DNA of 64,000 nucleotides from a virus. Taxonomy: Duplodnaviria; Caudoviricetes. The position numbers and the translations under genes are program-made. The stretch covers positions 5,717-69,716 of IMG/VR virus record IMGVR_UViG_3300032218_000600; one strand, written 5' to 3'. The notes beneath the pieces were generated by a model, which was given only the letters and a program-made list of their open reading frames with translations, was not told the origin of the DNA and did no database searches. Shown in pieces: positions 55,993-64,000 of this stretch. Positions within the stretch are counted from its first letter, which is position 1, and the number at the start of each line of letters is the position of its first letter.

Positions 55993-56837
55993 TAAGTCCC
56001 CCACTCATTTTTAAATAATGGCACTTGTAGTCTATCACTATAACGAAGCCCGTGTTTCATAGCCAATAATGCTACATTGCGATTGTTCATTGCGTAAACA
56101 CTTTCTACACCGCCTACGGGCATCAAATACACATGCCCTTTAAATCCTGCTTGACGATATTCAATAATCGCACTTTGCGCATCTGCAAAATCTTGTTCTG
56201 TAGCAACAACAAACTTTAAGTATACTGTGCCTACTTCTTCATATTCACACACTACTTCTGGACAAATAGCATCTTCCCACTTCTCTCCACTACATGGTAA
56301 CTTAGCACTTACACTAAATGTGATTTCACGTTTCTGATAATCGTGTCGATCCCAGTTTAACAAATATTCTTTAAACTCTGGAGTTAGTTTTTGAGTGCCA
56401 TTGGTTTCAAATGTGATTTCTTTTAGTCCTGCCATTTTATCATGGTCAAGCAAGTCTGGATAAGCACGTTGCCAACCTAGTAACGGCTCGCCACCTGTAA
56501 TAACTAGATGTTCATCCTGCCATTCATTATGTGGAAGGATTTCCATAATGCGTTCAACAATGGCATCGCTTGTAAGCATTGGGCTAAGATCTTTAAAGCG
56601 AGGATCCCAACTAGCGTAACTATCACAACCTGTACTGACTAAGGGCAACATTTTGTAGTCATTATATTTTGTGGGGTCAATGTTATTTGCTTCTTCGCTT
56701 AGTTCACCACGAGGCATACCAAAGCCGGCACATTTAAAGTTACAACCAAATGTACGTAAGAAAACAGACGGAACACCCATGTACCGCCCTTCACCTTGTA
56801 CGCTATAAAATAATTCAGCGATTTTTATTTTTGACAT
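55992..56837 (-). CDS. queE: QueE-like 7-carboxy-7-deazaguanine synthase (radical SAM)
   Basis: ELFYSVQGEG, VFLRTFGCNFKC..CDS, VITGGEPL, ETNGT, VSAKL, LMP, RLQV. Confidence 0.85.
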   Translation of the reverse strand: MSKIKIAELFYSVQGEGRYMGVPSVFLRTFGCNFKCAGFGMPRGELSEEANNIDPTKYNDYKMLPLVSTGCDSYASWDPRFKDLSPMLTSDAIVERIMEILPHNEWQDEHLVITGGEPLLGWQRAYPDLLDHDKMAGLKEITFETNGTQKLTPEFKEYLLNWDRHDYQKREITFSVSAKLPCSGEKWEDAICPEVVCEYEEVGTVYLKFVVATEQDFADAQSAIIEYRQAGFKGHVYLMPVGGVESVYAMNNRNVALLAMKHGLRYSDRLQVPLFKNEWGT

Positions 56838-57162
56838 TTTGTTCCTTCAACTCATCTAAATCTTTAATAGCTGATTGTAACACATTTGTATAGTTAAGAG
56901 CAACCTGTTTAGGCATAATAATAACCGCTTCGGAATCTATGTATCCTTTGGTTAATAATGTCCAAATATGATGCCAGCGGGTCTTTGACCAAAAGTTAGT
57001 TCGAGTAGTAGTGTAAATGGTTACATTAACTTCGTGATCTGCTTCAATGTCGATCCTGTGAGAGCATTCGTCACTACCACAGGCGCATACTGCATGATAC
57101 ATACGACTGTTGCCCCAATCGTTAACTTTTAAAATACCTTCTGCAGGTTCCTGCGCAGTCAT
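56815..57162 (-). CDS. Hypothetical protein with a CxCxxxxC motif
   Basis: 115 aa; CACGSDEC. Confidence 0.5.
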   Translation of the reverse strand: MTAQEPAEGILKVNDWGNSRMYHAVCACGSDECSHRIDIEADHEVNVTIYTTTRTNFWSKTRWHHIWTLLTKGYIDSEAVIIMPKQVALNYTNVLQSAIKDLDELKEQNVKNKNR

Positions 57163-57449
57163 CTTAAAACTTCCAATGTAGAAATTTTAGAAATCTTTTC
57201 GCCAAAATCTTCATCTTTGCTGATAATATAAATTTGGTGCTCTGAACGATCCTTTTGACGATCGTACCGACTAAACTCTACAATCTTACCTCCAACAGCA
57301 TTATACACTTTGAAACATAAGGTAGGGTCACTGTTGATATCTCTTGTGCTAAGACCGTGTGATTTAACAGTAGCGTAACGATCATCAGGAATACAGATAT
57401 TGCTATCACTATCTAACCAACGGCGGAGTTTACGTTTTAACCAGTTCAT
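57159..57449 (-). CDS. Hypothetical protein
   Basis: 96 aa; GGKIVE; coupled. Confidence 0.5.
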   Translation of the reverse strand: MNWLKRKLRRWLDSDSNICIPDDRYATVKSHGLSTRDINSDPTLCFKVYNAVGGKIVEFSRYDRQKDRSEHQIYIISKDEDFGEKISKISTLEVLR

Positions 57450-57619
57450 AATTTCATTATCCTTTCGATTACTTTCTTCGCATCATCAAACTCACCACGA
57501 GCCAACTTAGCTTCAAGTTGAATTTCATATTCGTTACGAAGTTGTCTAAGATACGGGCGCATTTTGTAAGTAGCATAGGGTTGTGTCCATTTTATTGTAT
57601 ACAAGTATTTTGAATTCAT
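57446..57619 (-). CDS. Small hypothetical protein (57 aa, not in the ORF track)
   Basis: MNSKYLYTIKWTQP...IMKL*; ATGA overlaps at both ends fill the gap exactly. Confidence 0.5.
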   Translation of the reverse strand: MNSKYLYTIKWTQPYATYKMRPYLRQLRNEYEIQLEAKLARGEFDDAKKVIERIMKL

Positions 57620-57834
57620 TTGCAAGTCTCAATCCACGCATCTAAACGATTTACAGCTTCTTCAAAGTCTACAGCCCAAACTTTAGCTTCAAGTTCACCG
57701 TCTTTAACATTAATATCAAACGGAATAACTCCATTGAATCTAAAATCATGTGGCACATTAACACACACTGTAAACTCTTCTAAGTTCTTAGCACGATTAA
57801 TGAAGTGATCCATTATATCTTTAGCAGTATTCAT
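57616..57834 (-). CDS. Hypothetical protein
   Basis: 72 aa; coupled. Confidence 0.5.
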   Translation of the reverse strand: MNTAKDIMDHFINRAKNLEEFTVCVNVPHDFRFNGVIPFDINVKDGELEAKVWAVDFEEAVNRLDAWIETCK

Positions 57835-58382
57835 TAGTCTGTTTCTCCGCCTTCGCTTTCAATAGCGTTTGTAAACGGCCATTGATTGTTTTTGTTTTCT
57901 TCCTGCCACTTACGTACAGATTCAGCAAGTTCTTCTCTAGTACGTAGTTTAACATTTTCTTCAATAACTGTGCCATCATCATCACATAGGCTAACTTGGT
58001 AAGGAGCATCAATCACTAAATAGTCATCTTCAAGTTGCCAATCGTGTTCACCATCAAACAACCAGCCAGCGCCTCCTTCGTGATATGATGATCCAAACTC
58101 TTCTTTTTGTTCGTTAGTAAAGTCATCGCTGTACTCAAACCAGCAGGCATGTTGATCATCTAGTTCAGCACCCCAGCCACAATCTGTGCGAGCATGTGCT
58201 TGAGTATCACCTTCTAATGGCAAGTTACAGTCCATGTCTTCTTCAACAAAGCCCTGTCCCCAACGATAGTGGTCGTCAATGTTAACCCAGCTGATTGAAC
58301 CGTCCGCATTTTCGCGGTACATTTCAATGTGCCAGCAGATACTTTTCTTGTGTAAGGGTTTGATTAGATAAACCTTAGACAT
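57834..58382 (-). CDS. Acidic hypothetical protein
   Basis: 182 aa, D/E-rich; paralogue-like to the next gene. Confidence 0.6.
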   Translation of the reverse strand: MSKVYLIKPLHKKSICWHIEMYRENADGSISWVNIDDHYRWGQGFVEEDMDCNLPLEGDTQAHARTDCGWGAELDDQHACWFEYSDDFTNEQKEEFGSSYHEGGAGWLFDGEHDWQLEDDYLVIDAPYQVSLCDDDGTVIEENVKLRTREELAESVRKWQEENKNNQWPFTNAIESEGGETD

Positions 58383-58876
58383 TACTCTTCCTTAAAGTCT
58401 GTTACATTACCGTTTGCATCTGCAATGATAATACGAGTATTACCATCTTCGTCAGTAACTTCAATCGGTCCCCAGACGTAAACTTCGGTATCTTCTAAAT
58501 ACCAATCGCCTTCGTCTTCAAGAGCGTATGCACCGTTTTCTTCAATAAACTCTCGAACTTCTTCTTCCTTGTCTTCTTCAAGACCTTCGATTTCAATATC
58601 ACCCCAGCAACCGCCATCAAACATTTCAACAAGCTCTGAACTTTCAATGTTATTACCGGATAGACTATACATATCTAAACTATCTCGGTTACCGTCACCA
58701 CCTGGCACCTCAATGAATTCAAACTCTGGAAACTTATCATTGTTTGTCTCAACTTGAAACTCACAAAAACGGAATCCGTCCTTAACAAGGACACGACCTT
58801 CACCTTCTCTCTGAACATAATGTTCATGTTGCTCGCAAGATTTTTTGTAGTAGGTTTTTACTGTGTACCAGGCCAT
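58382..58876 (-). CDS. Acidic hypothetical protein
   Basis: 164 aa, D/E-rich; AAGGAG RBS. Confidence 0.6.
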   Translation of the reverse strand: MAWYTVKTYYKKSCEQHEHYVQREGEGRVLVKDGFRFCEFQVETNNDKFPEFEFIEVPGGDGNRDSLDMYSLSGNNIESSELVEMFDGGCWGDIEIEGLEEDKEEEVREFIEENGAYALEDEGDWYLEDTEVYVWGPIEVTDEDGNTRIIIADANGNVTDFKEE

Positions 58877-58886
58877 GATGATCTCC

Positions 58887-59078
58887 TTAGTTGTCTAAGT
58901 CCATTGTGTTCCACTCTTTGATAACATCGAGTAGTTCTTGTTCTGTGTTGCAAACAGTCTTAGTTGTTTTCCAATCTTCTTTTTTGTCACGTCCACCGAT
59001 TTCAATCATCCATGCATTGTCATATCGATTGATCGTAATAGATTCGTTTACTTTTGCTAGTTTGCTTAGTTTTGCCAT
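58887..59078 (-). CDS. Hypothetical protein
   Basis: 63 aa; GGAGA RBS. Confidence 0.55.
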   Translation of the reverse strand: MAKLSKLAKVNESITINRYDNAWMIEIGGRDKKEDWKTTKTVCNTEQELLDVIKEWNTMDLDN

Positions 59079-59089
59079 TTGTTTTCTCC

Positions 59090-59827
59090 TTAACGTGGTG
59101 CAAATTCTTGTTGTAGTTTAATGTTATCAAAAAACTCTTTTTTAGTATTACCGTCATCTTTAAAAGCACCTTTTAGTACTGTAGTCTGTGTTAGACTAGA
59201 GTGTGCCATAATGCCACGATTCTCACAACATCCGTGTGTAGCTTGTACATATACTGCTACATTATCACTTCCTGTAGCTTTTTGTATTTCTCTAGCAATA
59301 TCATTGCACAGTTCTTCTTGTAGTGTTCCACGTCTAGCACACCATTGAGCTATTCGTGTATACTTTGACAAGCCGATGAGTTTTTGTGCGGCAATGATTC
59401 CGATATACGCGACGCCAGCCACAGGCTGGTGATGGTGACTACACATGCTACGAAGCTCACTACGCACAACCAACATACCTTCATATCTATCCTCACTGTC
59501 ATTAGGAAACGCTGTGGCATCTGGCGGCGCATCATATCGACCGCTCATTACCTCGTTGAAATACATTTTAGCTAGTCGCTTCGCAGTACCATGCGAGTTA
59601 GGATCTGTTTCTCTATCGATGAGCAATGTATCTAATACTTTCTCAAAAGCTTCAGTAGCTTCTTTGATTAGAATTGCTTTGTCTTCTTCAGTGACATAGT
59701 CGCTGATGTTGTCGCCAGCCCAAAAACGTTTGTTATCGCGTTTCATTTTAAAACGGATTACATCTGCAAGATTACATTCTTCGTAACCTTTGTCGTCGAT
59801 ATTATTATATGATACGGGTTCTGTCAT
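59090..59827 (-). CDS. folE: GTP cyclohydrolase I
   Basis: TAKRLAKMY, SMCSHHHQP, GLSKYTRI, LQEE, HGCCENRG. Confidence 0.93.
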   Translation of the reverse strand: MTEPVSYNNIDDKGYEECNLADVIRFKMKRDNKRFWAGDNISDYVTEEDKAILIKEATEAFEKVLDTLLIDRETDPNSHGTAKRLAKMYFNEVMSGRYDAPPDATAFPNDSEDRYEGMLVVRSELRSMCSHHHQPVAGVAYIGIIAAQKLIGLSKYTRIAQWCARRGTLQEELCNDIAREIQKATGSDNVAVYVQATHGCCENRGIMAHSSLTQTTVLKGAFKDDGNTKKEFFDNIKLQQEFAPR

Positions 59828-59871
59828 TATTACTCCTATTTGTATATTATATAGGTTTATTTAGGTTTTGT

Positions 59872-60102
59872 CTATAGCTTTTCGCTCAAAAGAATCCTGC
59901 ATAGGTCTGCATCTTTTAGTGTTTTGAACATGAAGACCATATGGTCTTCGTATGGCCTATAATAAAACTTATGGCCCGGCAAACCAAATACTTCTAACAC
60001 ATCTGCACAAGTTTGATTCCACCAGTTGTTACCTTGATTGTGCCAATCAACTTTTATTATTTGATCAGCATCTACATTGTCCCACCAATCTGTTTTATTC
60101 AT
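59872..60102 (-). CDS. Hypothetical protein
   Basis: 76 aa. Confidence 0.45.
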   Translation of the reverse strand: MNKTDWWDNVDADQIIKVDWHNQGNNWWNQTCADVLEVFGLPGHKFYYRPYEDHMVFMFKTLKDADLCRILLSEKL

Positions 60103-60284
60103 TCTGGAAGAGGTCTAAATCGTTGTAAAAAACTCTCCAAATAGCAACTGTACTCTTTTGGAGGATCCCCAGCAGATTCTCTATAGTGAATCCAAACATG
60201 ACCGTCTGTTTCTACTTCGTGTAGTACAACAAATACTTTACTATCACCACTAGTACCAGACCAACGTGTTCCTTCTTTAATCAT
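60099..60284 (-). CDS. Hypothetical protein
   Basis: Probable start MIKEGTRW; YSCYLESFLQRF. Confidence 0.45.
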   Translation of the reverse strand: MIKEGTRWSGTSGDSKVFVVLHEVETDGHVWIHYRESAGDPPKEYSCYLESFLQRFRPLPE

Positions 60285-60651
60285 TTTTATAATTTCCTTT
60301 CTCAGGTATAACATGCCTAACACCGCCTCGAGGATCGGGCATATCGCCAGTTCGTCGAGGTATCATATGTACATGAGGATACATTACAGTTTGACCTGCA
60401 CTTTCTCCACAGTTTTGTCCAATATTAAAACCATCCCACTTAGCATCATCTATTCCGCTGTAACCCCATTTATATGCCGCTCGATAACAAGCATATAAAG
60501 AATCACTATTCTGATAAGTTGGCACAAACAGTAAATGACCTTCAGTAACAGGATAGGCATCACGGAAGATCCAAAAATCTTTACATCGATACTCTATCTC
60601 AGTCCAAGGAGCAACTTTTGTTGCTAATGCAGTTTCAAGATCATTCGCCAT
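60277..60651 (-). CDS. HIT family nucleotide hydrolase
   Basis: DAYPVTEGHLLFVP, GFNIGQNCGESAGQTVMYPHVHMIPR (first His position is Tyr). Confidence 0.85.
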   Translation of the reverse strand: MANDLETALATKVAPWTEIEYRCKDFWIFRDAYPVTEGHLLFVPTYQNSDSLYACYRAAYKWGYSGIDDAKWDGFNIGQNCGESAGQTVMYPHVHMIPRRTGDMPDPRGGVRHVIPEKGNYKND

Positions 60652-60796
60652 CTTTTAACATTTTTATTTGTTCAGAGATATATTCTCGATATTCAGTCAA
60701 TGCTTCGATTTTTCGATCATTGCCTGGTTCTCCTTTTAGTTTATCTAGATCTCTGTCGATCATGTCTAATTTTTCTATTAGTTCTTCAATACTCAT
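60641..60796 (-). CDS. Small hypothetical protein (51 aa, not in the ORF track)
   Basis: MSIEELIEKLDMID...KDGE*; overlaps both neighbours. Confidence 0.45.
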   Translation of the reverse strand: MSIEELIEKLDMIDRDLDKLKGEPGNDRKIEALTEYREYISEQIKMLKDGE

Positions 60797-60999
60797 GATG
60801 TCTTTTTATTAACCCCAAATCTTAAACCAGTGATACTGCCTAACAATAGAAAATAAGCCAACCAAGTTTCTAGTGTATATGGTATGTGTAAAACTGGAAA
60901 TAAAGTGTTAAGTGACCATATACCTAGTATAGGGCCAAAAACAACGGCAACTATAACTAGAATAATGCCTAAAATAAGTTTAATCAATGCTGTAGTCAT
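60793..60999 (-). CDS. Small membrane protein
   Basis: Probable start MTTALIKL (ATGA overlap); two hydrophobic segments. Confidence 0.55.
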   Translation of the reverse strand: MTTALIKLILGIILVIVAVVFGPILGIWSLNTLFPVLHIPYTLETWLAYFLLLGSITGLRFGVNKKTS

Positions 61000-61538
61000 A
61001 ACCAAAAATCCTCCCAGGGATAAACTAACCAACAATCTTCCTCAGCTTTGTTAACTTCCCATACTGAGTAGTCAACTGATTCCTTGCTAGCCAGATTGTT
61101 AGTTAGCGTAGCAAAGCGTACATTTTGTCCCCATACATGATCCCAACGATCATTATCGGGAAAACATCCTGCTTCCCAATCTTTTTTAATCCAAGCAATG
61201 GTTGAGCCTTGATCATTAATGTCATCAACGATTAGGATATTTTTAGCAACACTGCCTTTGTATGGAATATGCTCGTGTTCTCTAGCACCTTCCATTACAT
61301 ATCCAAATGCATCTTCGGCCATTCCTAAGTCGCTAACGCAATCACCGCCGTCGCGCAGACTAACCATTAATGTTTTCATTGGTATTCCTGTGTATTGACT
61401 AATCAATACCGCTGGCACCAACCCACCTCTACTAATACCTACAATATAATCTGGTCGCCAGTCGTCCTTGTTTATCTGCCTAATAATTTCTAGGCAAGCC
61501 CCTTGTACTTCTTTCCAGCTGTAGTAAGTTTTTTTCAT
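60996..61538 (-). CDS. Type I phosphoribosyltransferase (xanthine/guanine PRT-like)
   Basis: IVGISRGGLVPA, PRPP loop ILIVDDINDQGST, WLVYPWE. Confidence 0.85.
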   Translation of the reverse strand: MKKTYYSWKEVQGACLEIIRQINKDDWRPDYIVGISRGGLVPAVLISQYTGIPMKTLMVSLRDGGDCVSDLGMAEDAFGYVMEGAREHEHIPYKGSVAKNILIVDDINDQGSTIAWIKKDWEAGCFPDNDRWDHVWGQNVRFATLTNNLASKESVDYSVWEVNKAEEDCWLVYPWEDFWL

Positions 61539-61753
61539 TGTAGTATAGTTGGTGTAAACTTTTGAATTTTTGATCGATTTTCAGACATGCTATCTACCAT
61601 TTTATTATAATCCATCTCATCTAGTACTGTTCTGTAAATACTAAGTGCTTGGGTCATCATGATAGCGGCAACTTCTAGTCCACCATATTCTTCAATCATA
61701 GTGCTAGTAAAGCCTAAATAATGAGCATATAACTGATCTAACGGATCGTTCAT
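61535..61753 (-). CDS. Hypothetical protein
   Basis: 72 aa; coupled. Confidence 0.5.
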   Translation of the reverse strand: MNDPLDQLYAHYLGFTSTMIEEYGGLEVAAIMMTQALSIYRTVLDEMDYNKMVDSMSENRSKIQKFTPTILQ

Positions 61754-61983
61754 GCTGTTAGACCATACGCAAGTGTTTGCATTTCTTCTTTTGTCATGAA
61801 GAAGTTATATGTTTGACTGTCAATAACTTTGCCGTCTTTTAAACTTTCTTGAACCATGTCAATACTAAACAGGCCCTTAGGCATTAGTACTTCGTGTTTC
61901 TTTAGAGTAAGCCTAAAGCCTTCGTGTTCTTTGATAACCATTTCTTTGTAGGTATCTCTAACTGATTCATGTAGTTCCATCAT
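61750..61983 (-). CDS. Hypothetical protein
   Basis: Probable ATG at 61983 with AAGGAG RBS. Confidence 0.5.
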   Translation of the reverse strand: MMELHESVRDTYKEMVIKEHEGFRLTLKKHEVLMPKGLFSIDMVQESLKDGKVIDSQTYNFFMTKEEMQTLAYGLTA

Positions 61984-62329
61984 CTTCTCCTTTGATTGCT
62001 TCAAATGTTCTATACTTGCCTAATGCATTTATGTATTCATCATACAGTTTCTTTAGCTTAGGATGCTTTTTTTCTAGTTTAACATCTCTTTCGGGTATTT
62101 GCAATACCTTTTCGATTGTATCTAACCGTTCTTCTAGGTTTCGTCCGTTAATTACTAGATTGCCTTTGACTTCAAGTGTAGGATGACTTTTACCTGCATC
62201 AACTGTAAGCACTTGGTCAATACGGTTTTGTGTAACCCAATTGGTTGTACCGGTACCTGTGGTTGTATAAATCTGCCCAGTTGTAACGGTCGACGGAATT
62301 GTAAAGGTCGTAGTTGAAGTACTAGCCAT
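61967..62329 (-). CDS. Hypothetical protein, Thr-rich N-terminus
   Basis: Probable start MASTSTTT; C-terminal KHPKLKKLYDEY. Confidence 0.5.
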   Translation of the reverse strand: MASTSTTTFTIPSTVTTGQIYTTTGTGTTNWVTQNRIDQVLTVDAGKSHPTLEVKGNLVINGRNLEERLDTIEKVLQIPERDVKLEKKHPKLKKLYDEYINALGKYRTFEAIKGEDDGTT

Positions 62330-62801
62330 TTTGTTTCCGAGCTTCGAGATAGACGTCATTATGTATCCATTTATTTTTAACGAGGAATCCCCATTCTCGT
62401 TTTTGTGGGCCTGGCATAAACAATGTCCATGCTGTTACGCTAGGATCAAGCTCAATACGATGATAGCTAGTAGCGCCACATATACGAAAACTGCCGGGTC
62501 CTCTCCATACAGCGATTTCACCGAGCATTTTGCCTTCTGAGTCAAACTGAGGAATCCATTCATAGTAACCGCCTTTAAGTATTAATGTTGCATAGGGCCA
62601 GGGATGATCATGTACATCGTCGGGATCTGATTTATGAAACTTGTGAATAAACACATTAAACGGAAACCATTTGCGATCTTTTAAAAAGATGTAGTAACGA
62701 GTTAGCAAAGGCTCGTTGCTCTGCCGATCCATGATAATACGTTTACGGTCATGATTCTCTAACCAGTTAAGGCTTAGGTCTTTGATCTTCTGGAGTATCA
62801 T
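62322..62801 (-). CDS. Cupin-fold metal-binding protein
   Basis: HKFHKSDPDDVHDHPW, ILKGGYYE, YHRIEL, WTLF..GP..REWGF. Confidence 0.65.
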   Translation of the reverse strand: MILQKIKDLSLNWLENHDRKRIIMDRQSNEPLLTRYYIFLKDRKWFPFNVFIHKFHKSDPDDVHDHPWPYATLILKGGYYEWIPQFDSEGKMLGEIAVWRGPGSFRICGATSYHRIELDPSVTAWTLFMPGPQKREWGFLVKNKWIHNDVYLEARKQNG

Positions 62802-63159
62802 AGTGGTCTTTCACTAGTTTATAAGTTGTAACAAATTTTTCGTATGCTATTTTTAAACCTGGATATTCTTTACACATTTTTTGTACACGATCAAAATCCG
62901 GAAAGCAGTTTACCCAATCTTCGGGTAACTTTATTGAATACTCTCCAATATTGATTGAGCTAAGTGTAGAAACTTGTGCTGTAGTTAATCCGGAGATTGC
63001 CGTAGTACTAATAGTATAAGACGTGGTGGGAAAACTAGAAATACCTGGAGATAGTGTAATAGTATCACTTCCGTAGTACGTAGATGTATCGGGAAGTGAT
63101 ATTGTTATGGTATCAGTTGATATTGTTGATAAGTCCGGTTGCGCTGAAGAAGTGCTCAT
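62767..63159 (-). CDS. Hypothetical protein, Ser/Thr-rich N-terminus
   Basis: Probable start MSTSSAQP; C-terminal EYPGLKIAYEKF. Confidence 0.5.
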   Translation of the reverse strand: MSTSSAQPDLSTISTDTITISLPDTSTYYGSDTITLSPGISSFPTTSYTISTTAISGLTTAQVSTLSSINIGEYSIKLPEDWVNCFPDFDRVQKMCKEYPGLKIAYEKFVTTYKLVKDHYDTPEDQRPKP

Positions 63160-64000
63160 GTAATGCCTCCGTTTGTTTACGAACCTGCGGCACAAATTGT
63201 TCGTAATGATTCATGTACTGTATAATTTTATTGCATATAGCAGGTTTTGCAGAATCGTATGCTTCAAAATTTTCAGTCCATGCACTTGGATATTTAAAAG
63301 TGTCAAAAGCCATTTCGCTATAACTAAGTCTATCAGGAACCATAGGAATAGCATCTACAACAGCACCCTCATACCAACTAATGCCCAGTGTTTCTTGTAG
63401 GTTAGCACTAAAAACCATCTTAGCTTCACCTAGTAATGTGTGATACTCATGCTTAGTAAGTTGTGTGTCTTGACAAACAACAAACTCGTATTGCGGTAAG
63501 TTGCCAGCTAGATCTCTAAAAATCTCAACTTGCTTCTCTGGAGCAATACGGTGCGGAAACAATATCATATCTCGTTTCTTCATGCCCTTATAAGGCGCAA
63601 GAGTATCTTGAAAATACTCCATAGGCCAGCCGGTACGCACTATCTTTCTAGATGTTTTACTATTATACATAGTACCTATGTTGGCATTTAGTAAGTTTTT
63701 ACCAAACATCCCAATATGAAACTCGGTAGCAAAGTAGTTATGATCAAACGCATGATAAAAACTTTTCTCTGCGTGACGCACCCAAGGCTTATCTCCGACT
63801 AAGCGTCCAAGAAAATCTTGAGGATCATAACTGCCAGCATGCCATAATCCATGTGTTGTTACTGGAATTTGTAACAACTCACTCATGTATTTTAAGTTTA
63901 TGATACCAGGATGCCAAGCATCAGTAAACACAAAATGGTCTCCGGGATTAACAGCACCGGAGCAGAACAAACGACCCATCTGTTCAACTTGGCTAGACTT
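63113..64000 (-). CDS. GT-B fold (GT4-like) glycosyltransferase (5' end outside the window)
   Basis: WHAGSYDP, FPHRIAPEKQ, E-x7-E motif ETLGISWYE; frame open to the window edge. Confidence 0.65.
   Translation of the reverse strand, partial: KSSQVEQMGRLFCSGAVNPGDHFVFTDAWHPGIINLKYMSELLQIPVTTHGLWHAGSYDPQDFLGRLVGDKPWVRHAEKSFYHAFDHNYFATEFHIGMFGKNLLNANIGTMYNSKTSRKIVRTGWPMEYFQDTLAPYKGMKKRDMILFPHRIAPEKQVEIFRDLAGNLPQYEFVVCQDTQLTKHEYHTLLGEAKMVFSANLQETLGISWYEGAVVDAIPMVPDRLSYSEMAFDTFKYPSAWTENFEAYDSAKPAICNKIIQYMNHYEQFVPQVRKQTEALHEHFFSATGLINNIN

Noticed and set aside
1-64000. Stop-codon reassignment, as in some large phages
   Set aside because: Standard code yields very long ORFs and tight gene packing, with TAA, TGA and TAG all used as true stops.
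1-64000. tRNA or tmRNA genes
   Set aside because: No cloverleaf with a TTCGA T-loop and CCA end was seen in any intergenic gap by eye. A tRNAscan or ARAGORN run would confirm this.

Overview
64 kb AT-rich segment of a large T4-like contractile-tailed (myovirus) dsDNA phage. It uses the standard genetic code, and I found no tRNA or CRISPR features. From left to right: a partial tape-measure gene; a gp26-like tail chaperone/hub gene with a probable -1 frameshift extension; a probable head-packaged protein; a ~470-nt hairpin-dense non-coding island directly downstream of a minimal GIY-YIG nuclease; gp46, gp47 and a gp55-like late sigma factor; a ~39 kb + strand virion operon (gp48/54-, gp53-, gp27-, gp5-, gp25- and gp6-like genes, a 4982-aa baseplate protein, a repeat fibre, a sedolisin S53 protease, three related fibres, then a glycosyltransferase-like cluster); and a - strand early/metabolic arm (ThyX, methyltransferase-like, vWA/zincin + MoxR, RNase H-like, QueE, FolE, HIT, PRTase, cupin, GT-B). 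The strongest novelty candidates are the GIY-YIG + large structured RNA pair, a bipartite late-promoter motif that overlaps the sigma70 promoter of the late sigma gene, and a catalytically intact S53 protease inside the tail operon. All protein calls come from motif recognition and synteny. No database search was possible.
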